From an uncultured Candidatus Saccharibacteria bacterium (GTDB lineage: Bacteria; Patescibacteriota; Minisyncoccia; Minisyncoccales; JANBVM01), in the NCBI GenBank assembly GCA_964493485.1, contig CAZBMQ010000004.1, positions 4,340 to 68,339 on the forward strand: a stretch of 64,000 bases of DNA, in the 5' to 3' direction. Under the pieces are notes generated by a model. The model searched no databases. It was not told the DNA's origin and was given only the letters and a program-made list of their open reading frames with translations. Of the stretch, positions 14,621 through 23,828 are shown one piece after another (position 1 is the first letter of the stretch; the number at the start of each line of letters is the position of its first letter). The translations under genes were made by a program, and so were the position numbers.

Positions 14621-15345
14621 ATCACATTTCCCCTATTACTGGTAGAGCAATAAAGAAGGTGGTACCTTTGCCTCTGCCTTTACTTTTAACACGAATTGTG
14701 CCTTTGTGAGCTTTTATGATGTGTTTGACAATAAAGAGACCTAAGCCTGAACCATTGGGATGTAAAGAAGTAGCTTTTTCTCCACGATAGAAAAGCTTAA
14801 AGAGATTCTCTTTATCTTCCTTATCTAATCCTATGCCTGAGTCTTTAATTGTAAATTGAATAAGTTGTTTATCCTTTTGCTTTTTAAGAGAAAGTGAGAT
14901 CTCAATCCTGCCTTTGTCTGAATACAAGATAGCATTATCAATTAGTCTTGAAATAGCTCTTTTTAACATTTCTGAATCTGCTAATGTGGTTGGCAGAGGT
15001 TCTTTTGGCTTTGTGAAGGTTATTCTCAATTTATTTGCTCTAGCTAACGGTTTAAAATACTCTAGAAGTGTATATATGATATCCTCAATTTGGCATGGAG
15101 AAAGATTAAGATGGAATGTTCCTCCTACAAGGGTTTGAGCTAATAAAATATCATCTAATAATGTAGAAAGTCTTTCTGAAGAAAGATATGATTTCTTAAT
15201 GAATTCTTTTAGCTTCTTTCCCTTGACTGAACCCTCTGCCATCATTGAAAGCATCCCTTTTATGATAGAAACAGGAGTTCTTAATTGATGATTCACTACC
15301 TTGAGGAATTCTGTTTTCATTTCAGAAAGGGCTTTGATGTGCTTG
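14621..15345. repeat. 725-bp direct repeat, copy 1 (kinase core of HK1)
   Basis: It matches 17069..17793. I traced both boundaries by eye. The encoded 241 aa and the antisense 74-aa ORFs (14914..15138 and 17362..17586) are identical in the ORF track. Confidence 0.85.
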
Positions 15346-15932
15346 GATGCCTCTTTTAGATCGACATATGCTTTTTTTAGTTCTAAACTTATTTTTTCTT
15401 CATTTAATGTCTTTTCCACCAAACCAGAGCTAACCCATCCTACAATTAAAAAAGACATAATTTGCAAAATTGGTTTAAAAAAATGAACATAAGATGGAGA
15501 AAAATTTATAGTTAAAATGAATTCTATTCCGATTATCAAACTTGCCATTCCTGCAATAAAAAGAGGAAGAAATTCATCAAGAAACAGAATAGAAACTGCT
15601 ATTAAAAGAAAAAACAGAAATACAAAATTTCCACCTATGGAACCATCATAACAAATTGCAAAAGCGCTTATTACTGAAATTAAAACATAACTATGTATTA
15701 TATCTCCTATTCTCTGAGGAAAAATTCTTTTTATTCCTGTAAAATAAAGAGAAAACAAAATTAATGGAACTCCACAATATAAAATGATTTCTGCAAGAAG
15801 TGTTTCTGGAGGCTTCCAAATATTTAGCTTAATAGCAATAAAATGACTGAGAACAAAAACTATACTAGTTATAGATTGAAGCTTAATAAAAAAGTCTCTG
15901 GGATCTTTAATCGGACGAGTGATTTTTCTCAT
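14622..15932 (-). CDS. Membrane sensor histidine kinase (HK1)
   Basis: Multi-TM N-terminus. H-box VNHQLRTPV, N-box DNAILYS, G1 IKDSGIGL and G2 GSGLGLFIV are present. Confidence 0.85.
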   Translation of the reverse strand: MRKITRPIKDPRDFFIKLQSITSIVFVLSHFIAIKLNIWKPPETLLAEIILYCGVPLILFSLYFTGIKRIFPQRIGDIIHSYVLISVISAFAICYDGSIGGNFVFLFFLLIAVSILFLDEFLPLFIAGMASLIIGIEFILTINFSPSYVHFFKPILQIMSFLIVGWVSSGLVEKTLNEEKISLELKKAYVDLKEASKHIKALSEMKTEFLKVVNHQLRTPVSIIKGMLSMMAEGSVKGKKLKEFIKKSYLSSERLSTLLDDILLAQTLVGGTFHLNLSPCQIEDIIYTLLEYFKPLARANKLRITFTKPKEPLPTTLADSEMLKRAISRLIDNAILYSDKGRIEISLSLKKQKDKQLIQFTIKDSGIGLDKEDKENLFKLFYRGEKATSLHPNGSGLGLFIVKHIIKAHKGTIRVKSKGRGKGTTFFIALPVIGEM

Positions 15933-15961
15933 AACATATCTTTTTAAATTATATCATTTTT

Positions 15962-15989
15962 TAAAAAAAATAAGCAGGAACACCTGCTT
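15962..15989 (-). terminator. Intrinsic terminator after nadE
   Basis: Minus strand AAGCAGG-UGUU-CCUGCUU followed by AUUUUUUUU. Confidence 0.75.
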
Positions 15990-16000
15990 TTAATTAATAA

Positions 16001-16945
16001 TTAAATATCTGGAATATATGGTACTTCTCTCATATTTCTGGAAATTTCAACCAATTTATAAATTCTTTCGACAAATTCTTCTGTTATTCCTTGATTCATT
16101 AAACTCTTAGTTGTTTCTTTTACAGAAAAACCTTTTTTCCAAAAAATAAGAATTAGATCTAGCAATGCTTCATTTTTAAACATCTTGCCTTTATTATTAA
16201 ACCCAGGAACAATATCTGGATCAGCAGTCTTTTTTACAATCTCTCTTGGAATTCCAATATAATAAGCTAATTGTCTCACTTGAACCTTAAAAAGAGGTAA
16301 AATAGGCATGAAATCTGCAACTCCATCTATTCCAAATTTTACAAAGACTCCTGTCAAAAATTCAGTTTGGTTAGCTGCTCCCACTGTGGCTAAGTTCTTT
16401 AGATCTGCATAGAAATGCAAAACTGCCATTCTTAGTCTATGTTTTATATTAACATAGGCACTTCCTCCTAAAATAAATTTTTTATCAGTTCCCGATCGAC
16501 TTTCTATTATAGGATCACAATTATTCAGTTTTCCAAATAACTCCTTGCTTTTTTCTGTAATAAATCCCTTAATTTTTCTTGATGGAACTACCTTAAGTAG
16601 ACTCATAGGATATAATCTATATATTCCCATTCTCTCCAGTAAAGATGTTAAATCGAATATTCTTAAATCTATCTTTAACAAATCTGCGATTTTCTTTGCA
16701 TCTTGAAAATGACTCTTTTTACTATCTTTCTCTGGCATATATAAAGCAAAAACCTTATCCGCTCCTAAAGCTCTCACGCAAAGATATGCAACCAATGCAG
16801 AATCTACTCCTCCACTTAAACCAAGAATTACTCCGTTTCGTTTCAATTCTTCTACTTTTTCTTTTATAAATTTCTCTATTTTTTCACACACGACTTTTTC
16901 GTTCTCAATTCTAAGAAAATCAGAAAAAATTTCCATATCTATCAT
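16001..16945 (-). CDS. nadE: NH3-dependent NAD+ synthetase
   Basis: The PP-loop GLSGGVDSALVAYL and overall NadE-like layout are present. Confidence 0.8.
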   Translation of the reverse strand: MIDMEIFSDFLRIENEKVVCEKIEKFIKEKVEELKRNGVILGLSGGVDSALVAYLCVRALGADKVFALYMPEKDSKKSHFQDAKKIADLLKIDLRIFDLTSLLERMGIYRLYPMSLLKVVPSRKIKGFITEKSKELFGKLNNCDPIIESRSGTDKKFILGGSAYVNIKHRLRMAVLHFYADLKNLATVGAANQTEFLTGVFVKFGIDGVADFMPILPLFKVQVRQLAYYIGIPREIVKKTADPDIVPGFNNKGKMFKNEALLDLILIFWKKGFSVKETTKSLMNQGITEEFVERIYKLVEISRNMREVPYIPDI

Positions 16946-17068
16946 CTCTTTCTCCTCCTTTTATTCTTTTTTCCATTCTTTATTTTCTTTTATTACATTT
17001 TTAAATTTTTAAAAAATCTATGTTATTCTTAAACAAGTTTTCTTTTTTGTCAATTGACTATAAAAAGC

Positions 17069-17793
17069 ATCACATTTCCCCTATTACTGGTAGAGCAATA
17101 AAGAAGGTGGTACCTTTGCCTCTGCCTTTACTTTTAACACGAATTGTGCCTTTGTGAGCTTTTATGATGTGTTTGACAATAAAGAGACCTAAGCCTGAAC
17201 CATTGGGATGTAAAGAAGTAGCTTTTTCTCCACGATAGAAAAGCTTAAAGAGATTCTCTTTATCTTCCTTATCTAATCCTATGCCTGAGTCTTTAATTGT
17301 AAATTGAATAAGTTGTTTATCCTTTTGCTTTTTAAGAGAAAGTGAGATCTCAATCCTGCCTTTGTCTGAATACAAGATAGCATTATCAATTAGTCTTGAA
17401 ATAGCTCTTTTTAACATTTCTGAATCTGCTAATGTGGTTGGCAGAGGTTCTTTTGGCTTTGTGAAGGTTATTCTCAATTTATTTGCTCTAGCTAACGGTT
17501 TAAAATACTCTAGAAGTGTATATATGATATCCTCAATTTGGCATGGAGAAAGATTAAGATGGAATGTTCCTCCTACAAGGGTTTGAGCTAATAAAATATC
17601 ATCTAATAATGTAGAAAGTCTTTCTGAAGAAAGATATGATTTCTTAATGAATTCTTTTAGCTTCTTTCCCTTGACTGAACCCTCTGCCATCATTGAAAGC
17701 ATCCCTTTTATGATAGAAACAGGAGTTCTTAATTGATGATTCACTACCTTGAGGAATTCTGTTTTCATTTCAGAAAGGGCTTTGATGTGCTTG
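17069..17793. repeat. 725-bp direct repeat, copy 2 (kinase core of HK2)
   Basis: See 14621..15345; the offset is 2448 bp. Confidence 0.85.
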
Positions 17794-18671
17794 TAGGCTT
17801 TTTTAAGCTTTCTGCTCAATTCCTCCATTTGTTCCCTTCTTTCAATTTCTCTATGGGTAGATTTTATTAAAAGATACCCAAATATACAAAACAAAAAGAA
17901 AATCACGCTTGTTAATATTCTCAAGGAAATAGTCGGCATTATCAATGGAAGCACTGATAAAGAAAAACCAATCACTCCCACTAAAATTTCTGTAAAAATA
18001 ACCTTAATTGCAAAAAGGTGATACTTAATAATGGCAAAAGCAATAACCAAAGGAAAAAGTGGAAGAAAAAAATTGCCATAAGGAAAAAGTTCTATCCCAT
18101 ACCATTGAGGAATATTGAAAAATCCGCCTGTAATAGTACCAATAGCCAGGGCTAAAATAAGATAAGCTGTCTGTTTCTTTTTTTCACCTTCAAGCTCAGG
18201 ATAATTTTTAATCAATAATCCAAAAGTAACTCCTGCAAGAACGAAAGACCATAGAAAAGTTAGATTGGCTCCGGGACCTGCAATTGGCCAATAGGGGTAA
18301 AACCAATAAGCTTTTGTTTTTGAAATATAAAAAGGAGAAAATACTAAAAGCAGAAAGATGAGAGTTATAATATAAAGAAAAAACAACAATCTCTTATTTT
18401 TTTGAATTAAATCCAAAAATACCAACACGAGATGAAGCAGAATTACAGACGAGAATAATGAACTAAACATCAATAGACGGAGAAATAAAAAGCTCTCATT
18501 TTTATTTTCTGCCATCTGCCAAAACCCATAGTTTATCTGCCAAAAAGCCACAGATAAACTTAACAGAAAAAATATTCTGCTTTCTCTTTCTTTTCTTTTC
18601 AAAAGGACAAAAATTCCCAAACAAAGAATAAAAAAGCCATTTACAAAAGCTGAAATGGCAATGAAATTCAT
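17070..18671 (-). CDS. Membrane sensor histidine kinase (HK2) with 7TM-type N-terminal domain
   Basis: 533 aa with ~7 predicted TM helices, followed by DHp/CA identical to HK1. The start ATG overlaps the stop of the upstream methyltransferase (ATGA at 18668-18671). Confidence 0.85.
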   Translation of the reverse strand: MNFIAISAFVNGFFILCLGIFVLLKRKERESRIFFLLSLSVAFWQINYGFWQMAENKNESFLFLRLLMFSSLFSSVILLHLVLVFLDLIQKNKRLLFFLYIITLIFLLLVFSPFYISKTKAYWFYPYWPIAGPGANLTFLWSFVLAGVTFGLLIKNYPELEGEKKKQTAYLILALAIGTITGGFFNIPQWYGIELFPYGNFFLPLFPLVIAFAIIKYHLFAIKVIFTEILVGVIGFSLSVLPLIMPTISLRILTSVIFFLFCIFGYLLIKSTHREIERREQMEELSRKLKKAYKHIKALSEMKTEFLKVVNHQLRTPVSIIKGMLSMMAEGSVKGKKLKEFIKKSYLSSERLSTLLDDILLAQTLVGGTFHLNLSPCQIEDIIYTLLEYFKPLARANKLRITFTKPKEPLPTTLADSEMLKRAISRLIDNAILYSDKGRIEISLSLKKQKDKQLIQFTIKDSGIGLDKEDKENLFKLFYRGEKATSLHPNGSGLGLFIVKHIIKAHKGTIRVKSKGRGKGTTFFIALPVIGEM

Positions 18672-19507
18672 AATAAAAAAGGCTTATTTGCTTTGTTTAC
18701 AAAAAATTGTTCTGCAAAAGTCAATTTAAATTCTGGATTTTCAAAACCAACAGAAAGCAACAGCTTTTCACATTCTTCTTTGGTTATTCGATGATAAATC
18801 CCTTTCTTCAGCTTTTCCCTGAAAGGCTTTGCCCATTTAACCATCTTTATGGCGTACTTAGGTAAAAAATATCTTGCTTTTATCCATTCTATAGGATTTA
18901 AAAGATAACCCATATATTTTAAAGCTCCTTTTACAGGATTTAAATCAACTCTCATAAAGCTCCATATTAATACTCCTCCCGGTTTTAATATTCTATAAAG
19001 TTCTTTAAAAATCTCTACTAAAGCTTCCTTTCCTGTTTTTCCTTGTGAGAAAGGAATGTCTTGAATCACCTTGCTGGCTCCAATTATATCAAAAGAATTA
19101 TCAGAAAATGGTAATTTCTCGCGAAGATCAACTTTTTTCAAGCTTACATCAAAGTATCCCAAAGCCTCAAGTTTTTCTTTTGCTCCATCAAGAAATATGT
19201 CGCTTGCACAAACTTTTGCTTTCATTCCAAATCCAAAATTCTTAGTAATTTCTTTCATTGCTCTTACAATTAAGAAAGCTCTTCCGCATCCTATCTCTAA
19301 TACTTCAACTATATCTTGTTTCTCTGTTAATTTTGAAACGATAGGTTCTAAAAATTCTTTGAAAACCTGAAATTCCTTACGATATGGAGGAGAATTTAGG
19401 AAAATCTTACCCTCCTTTGTATCAAGAAAATCCATATATTCTTTCCAAAACCTGTACTCTTCTACTCTTTGGATCAAAGCTACTTTCTGCTGGTCTTCAA
19501 TTAACAT
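18668..19507 (-). CDS. Class I SAM-dependent methyltransferase with C-terminal extension (HK-associated type)
   Basis: The motif I region VLEIGCGRAF and a post-I acidic residue are present, along with LKPGGVLIW. It is paralogous to 29724.. and 33708... Confidence 0.7.
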   Translation of the reverse strand: MLIEDQQKVALIQRVEEYRFWKEYMDFLDTKEGKIFLNSPPYRKEFQVFKEFLEPIVSKLTEKQDIVEVLEIGCGRAFLIVRAMKEITKNFGFGMKAKVCASDIFLDGAKEKLEALGYFDVSLKKVDLREKLPFSDNSFDIIGASKVIQDIPFSQGKTGKEALVEIFKELYRILKPGGVLIWSFMRVDLNPVKGALKYMGYLLNPIEWIKARYFLPKYAIKMVKWAKPFREKLKKGIYHRITKEECEKLLLSVGFENPEFKLTFAEQFFVNKANKPFLL

Positions 19508-19625
19508 ATATATATCCCCCCTATGGTTCTTTTTTATAAATTAAATTTATTTTATTTTAAATACTGAGAAAGATTCTCAGCTACTCCTTAATAATAGCCT
19601 GCCTTTTTTAATGAGTCAAATTATT

Positions 19626-20228
19626 CTAAGTGAGCTTCACCTTTAATATTGAAACAATCCCTGATTTTATTAAACCCTCCCTTTCTACTCTTAGATTATT
19701 CTTTTTCAACAAATTAGGTAACCCTCCACTTGAAATAAACTCCCTAAAACAATTATAATTCTCTTTGCCTGCTGCGAATTCTACTGTTTTCAATATAAAA
19801 GAAAAAATATTTTTAGGTAACGGAGAACTAAAATCAACAAATATCAAACTCCCCTCTCTTTTTACCACTCTTTTCATTTCAAGAATTGTTTTATCTCTTT
19901 CAGCTTTTTTCATCTCGTGCAGTCCGAAAGAAACAGATACAAAATCAAAAGAATTGTCCTCAAAAGGTAATTTTGTTGCGTTTCCAACATAGAAAGAAAC
20001 ATCATTAAGACTCAATCTTTGTTTTTTTCTTTCAGCAAACTCAATCATTTCTTTTCTCTTATCTATCCCTACAGCTGATATTCCTTTTTCTCTGTAATGA
20101 AATACCTGGTCTCCTGTTCCACAGCAAACATCTAAAACAATATCTCCTGCCTTCATTCCAGCAAACTCAGGAATGTAATCCCTTAAATCTTTTAATAAAG
20201 GGTCTATAATTTTTGAATAAAAACACAT
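19626..20228 (-). CDS. Class I SAM-dependent methyltransferase (UbiE/Methyltransf_11-like)
   Basis: VLDVCCGTGD, FDFVSVSFGLHEM and REGSLIFVDF are present. I prefer the start at MCFYSK (20228), just after the stop of the upstream gene. Confidence 0.75.
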   Translation of the reverse strand: MCFYSKIIDPLLKDLRDYIPEFAGMKAGDIVLDVCCGTGDQVFHYREKGISAVGIDKRKEMIEFAERKKQRLSLNDVSFYVGNATKLPFEDNSFDFVSVSFGLHEMKKAERDKTILEMKRVVKREGSLIFVDFSSPLPKNIFSFILKTVEFAAGKENYNCFREFISSGGLPNLLKKNNLRVEREGLIKSGIVSILKVKLT

Positions 20229-20229
20229 A

Positions 20230-20850
20230 TTATTGTCTTTTCTGCTCTTCAATAACAATTAATGCATGGAGGTCTTGATATAATCTATAGTTTTTGGGCA
20301 GATTTCCCTGGAATAGTTTTTGCAAAGAATCATATGAAAAATTCTCTGATAATCTATATCTCTTTGCTAAACGCCTAGTGTATTCATCGATAACAAAAAT
20401 AGGTTTATCAAGCGCATAAAGCAAAATACTATCTGTTGTCTCTTTGCCTAACCCTTTAAGAGAAAGTAATTCTTTTCTTAATTTCTCCAGCTTCTGTTTT
20501 TTCATTTCTTTAATATCTCCGTATGTTTCAACAATAAATTTTGCCAAACCAAAAAGGTATCCTGCTTTTTGTTTATAAAAACCAGAAGACCTTATTAAAT
20601 CAGCAAATTTTTCTTTTCTTTTTCGAGCATTTTCAAAAACTCCATATATAGAACAAATTCCTGCTTCTTTTAAGCAGGAAATCGCCCTTTCAACATTATT
20701 CCAGTTTGTTCGCTGGGTTAAAACAGCCCCGATTATTATCTCTTCTCTTTCTTTATAAGTTTTTGGTCTTTTGCACCATATTTTCCATTGACCACTCGGG
20801 TGCCCATATTTCTTATAAAGTTTTTGATACAGGTTTTGAAATTTATTCAT
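20230..20850 (-). CDS. Endonuclease III-like HhH-GPD DNA glycosylase family protein
   Basis: GAVLTQRTNW and the helix-hairpin-helix LLSLKGLGKETTDSILLYA are present. Confidence 0.75.
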   Translation of the reverse strand: MNKFQNLYQKLYKKYGHPSGQWKIWCKRPKTYKEREEIIIGAVLTQRTNWNNVERAISCLKEAGICSIYGVFENARKRKEKFADLIRSSGFYKQKAGYLFGLAKFIVETYGDIKEMKKQKLEKLRKELLSLKGLGKETTDSILLYALDKPIFVIDEYTRRLAKRYRLSENFSYDSLQKLFQGNLPKNYRLYQDLHALIVIEEQKRQ

Positions 20851-20859
20851 TCCTCACAT

Positions 20860-21237
20860 TTATGGTTCTCTTAACCATCTTAAAGCCTCATCTTTTGTCT
20901 TAAATACCTTCATATTCTTTACTCCACTTGCTGTTATCACAAAAGAAGCTACTGTTCTTGGAAGCACGCCACCAAAAATCGCAAGTTTCTTAAATCCAGG
21001 ATCTATAGCTAACTTTTTTATCTCTTCTGCAATATCTCTTCTAAACCGAGAAGAAATAGCTATAAGACCACTGCTTATGTCCACTAATATCAGCGCTTTT
21101 TCTGTAAGATTTTTTGCTATTTCTTTCCCTTCCTTTATCAGTTCCTCCATATCTTTTTCGCTAAGATTTTTTACCATTATTTTGATGTTTACTATTCCGT
21201 TTTCATCTATCCAAATTTTACTTTTTTCTTCTTCCAT
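20860..21237 (-). CDS. STAS/SpoIIAA-like domain protein (copy 1 of tandem pair)
   Basis: 125 aa. ...LVDIS...AIFGG...ASFVITASGVKNMKVFKTKDEALRWL has a STAS_2-like ending. Confidence 0.5.
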   Translation of the reverse strand: MEEEKSKIWIDENGIVNIKIMVKNLSEKDMEELIKEGKEIAKNLTEKALILVDISSGLIAISSRFRRDIAEEIKKLAIDPGFKKLAIFGGVLPRTVASFVITASGVKNMKVFKTKDEALRWLREP

Positions 21238-21254
21238 AATTTTTTATCTGAATT

Positions 21255-21659
21255 TTATTTAGTATTCTCTTCTCTTAACCATTTTAAGGCTTTTTCTTTA
21301 TTTTCAAAAACTTTTAGATTCTTTAATCCACTTGCCATAACTATAAAAGACACAATAGTTCTTGTAATCAGTTTTTGACCAAAAAAAGCTGCCTTCTCCA
21401 CCCCGCGAGATTCAACAGTATCCCTTAACCTCTTTGCAAGTTTATTTCTGAAGCTTGAAGACCTAATCACTGCCACTGTCCCCACATCAACCAAAACCTT
21501 TGCCTTACCCGGAACACTTTTTAGAATTTCCTCGATCTTGTCTATTAAATCCATTACCTCCTCTTCAGAAACCGTCTTTCCTACTACAACATAAACTATT
21601 CCGTCTTCTCTCAACCACACTTTACTTTTTTCATCTCGATTGTTCTCTTTATCAATCAT
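21255..21659 (-). CDS. STAS/SpoIIAA-like domain protein (copy 2 of tandem pair)
   Basis: It is paralogous to 20860..21237 (...VSFIVMASGLKNLKVFENKEKALKWL). Confidence 0.5.
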   Translation of the reverse strand: MIDKENNRDEKSKVWLREDGIVYVVVGKTVSEEEVMDLIDKIEEILKSVPGKAKVLVDVGTVAVIRSSSFRNKLAKRLRDTVESRGVEKAAFFGQKLITRTIVSFIVMASGLKNLKVFENKEKALKWLREENTK

Positions 21660-21681
21660 ATTTTGGTATCCAAAACATTAA

Positions 21682-23688
21682 TTATAACTCTAATTCTTTT
21701 GTTCTTTTCCAATCTATTTCATTTAAAACAACAATTTTATTATCCCCTATTATATACATATAATCATTGATGTAAATGGCTCTTCTCGCCCTTATATCGC
21801 TTACTGCTTTTACTAATTTTAGTTGGCTGTTTTCAAAAGAAAAAATATATCCCCCCTTGCTCCCAGGCAAGAAAAATACATCATGCTTTTCATCCAATAA
21901 AAATGCATGATGGGTATTTAATATGTCTGACCAATATTCATTTAAAGTATATTTATCTTCTTCGACAGGCTCTTCAGGATTTTCTACATTAAAGAGGGAA
22001 ATCTTTACTTTTGCCCCTTCTTTTCCAATTCCTAAAATTCTATTTTTATCTATTGGATGCAGATAAGAAGAGTAACCGGGAATTTTAAGCTCACCTTTCA
22101 CCTGTGGATTTTTAGGGTCAGATAAATCCAAAACAAAGAATGGATCAATTTGTCTGAATGTAACAAGATAACCTTTATCTTGAATAAATCTCACAGAATA
22201 GATTCTTTCTTCTAACCCTAAATCCTTTAAGGCGCCTACTTGCTTTAGTTCTTTGTCTAATATATAAACATCATTTGCTGTTTTTCTGGGCCAGCCTATT
22301 CCAATTCCCCACCAGATTCTTCCCTCTCCTATCGTAACAGCTATTCTTAAATAATTATTATATTCATCTAATGAAAACTGATTCAAAGGCTTTCCTGGAA
22401 CATTCCCACTGGCTGTTATTGAAAAATCATTTAATCCTACCTTTACAACACCTGTTTTTTCTACATCTCTTTTGTGTTCTTTATAATAATCTTCCATTCT
22501 ATTTTCTAATTCATTCTCCATCTTTAACCTTTCATCTCGGTCTAAAGAATTATAATATCTTTCAAAGATGATTCTAAATTCTGTGAGTTTTGCTGCTTCG
22601 CTTATATCATAAGTCTGAAGCTTTTCTAACTTTTCAATAATCCAATTTGGAATAATATCGCTACATTTTTCTTTATAAAATTTGGAGAAAAATTTTAAAA
22701 TGCTCTCATAATAAGAATAAGTAATATAAATTCCATTTTCTGACATATAAATCACAGAAGAGTCAGAGGTGCCCACAAAAGACATTTTGTTTTCAACCTT
22801 TCCAGAAACAGGGTTTATTATCATTGCATTATATGTAACATCCACAGGCACACTTATCATAGGATGATAAATATCTATACACTTTATTTCTAAAGGCTCA
22901 TCATTTATTTTAAGAGGCTCAATAGGACAAGGGTGATATACATTAATATTTGTCCTTGTAATTAAATATACTTTGTCTTTATAAAGTCTTGCTCCAATCA
23001 AATAGTTTTTATCTTTTAGCTCTATACTCCATTTCTTTTCAGGATTTTTTGTATTTGAGACATCATAACCATAAATCTTGCTTCCTGAGAAAATCACTAA
23101 GATGTTTTTATATAAAAGCAAATCTCCTCTTTTGTCTATCTTAGTTTCGATATCTAAATCTTCTGGTGGAAAGGCCTTAATAATCTTTGTCTCGCCCTTT
23201 ATTTCAGGCGGTATATATTCAATCCATCTTCTCCAATAATAACTCCTCCCGGGTGAAAAATAGATTTCTTTTCCATCTGTCTTTACAATATCAGGCTCAT
23301 CAATCCCTGCTACCTGAACATTTGTCTCTGAAACCCTTTCTGGTACACCCTGCTCCTCCATTCCTTTTGCAGGTGCTTCAAGAGCAAATCCTTCCTCAAT
23401 CATAGGCATTCTCCCTCCTCCAAATCCCAACTCCTCTGTATAATATTCAACACTGGATTCTTCTAAGTAAGCCTTGAATTCTTCTTCTGAAGCAAATTTT
23501 TTAATATTCTCTATTTTTGAAGGTTTGCTTGGCGGAAATATTGAAGGAAAAGAAGGAAGAGAAATATTAGGAATAGAAACAGAAGGAATGGAAAAATAAT
23601 TAGACATAAAATTAATCAAAAAAGCACAACCTATAACTATCCCTATTAAAATGCCAATACTTAACTTAGTATCAATCTCTTTTCTCAT
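21682..23688 (-). CDS. Secreted/anchored beta-propeller domain protein (COG4880-like)
   Basis: N-terminal TM segment. FASEEEFKAYLEES...ETNVQVAGIDEPDIVKTDGKEIYF is typical of this family. Confidence 0.55.
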   Translation of the reverse strand: MRKEIDTKLSIGILIGIVIGCAFLINFMSNYFSIPSVSIPNISLPSFPSIFPPSKPSKIENIKKFASEEEFKAYLEESSVEYYTEELGFGGGRMPMIEEGFALEAPAKGMEEQGVPERVSETNVQVAGIDEPDIVKTDGKEIYFSPGRSYYWRRWIEYIPPEIKGETKIIKAFPPEDLDIETKIDKRGDLLLYKNILVIFSGSKIYGYDVSNTKNPEKKWSIELKDKNYLIGARLYKDKVYLITRTNINVYHPCPIEPLKINDEPLEIKCIDIYHPMISVPVDVTYNAMIINPVSGKVENKMSFVGTSDSSVIYMSENGIYITYSYYESILKFFSKFYKEKCSDIIPNWIIEKLEKLQTYDISEAAKLTEFRIIFERYYNSLDRDERLKMENELENRMEDYYKEHKRDVEKTGVVKVGLNDFSITASGNVPGKPLNQFSLDEYNNYLRIAVTIGEGRIWWGIGIGWPRKTANDVYILDKELKQVGALKDLGLEERIYSVRFIQDKGYLVTFRQIDPFFVLDLSDPKNPQVKGELKIPGYSSYLHPIDKNRILGIGKEGAKVKISLFNVENPEEPVEEDKYTLNEYWSDILNTHHAFLLDEKHDVFFLPGSKGGYIFSFENSQLKLVKAVSDIRARRAIYINDYMYIIGDNKIVVLNEIDWKRTKELEL

Positions 23689-23771
23689 ATTGTTTATAGA
23701 ATAATCTGTTTACTCTCTTATTATATCAAATATTTATATAAAACAAAAACGAGCATAAACTCGGCACTAAA

Positions 23772-23813
23772 AAGAACGAAAAATCCAAACTCAATATGTT
23801 TTGTCTGGATTTT
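23772..23813 (-). terminator. Intrinsic terminator after guaB
   Basis: Minus strand AAAUCCAGAC-12 nt-GUUUGGAUUU (one G-U pair) followed by UUCGUUCUUUUU. Confidence 0.55.
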
Positions 23814-23828
23814 TAATATTAACTAAAA

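Noticed and set aside
19540-19625. A promoter-like TTGACT-17-TATTAT is followed by the hairpin CTGAGAA-TCT-TTCTCAG upstream of the MTase-HK2 operon and could be another attenuator.
   Set aside because: The downstream U-tract is interrupted by A's. No leader ORF or alternative pairing partner was found, so the evidence is insufficient.
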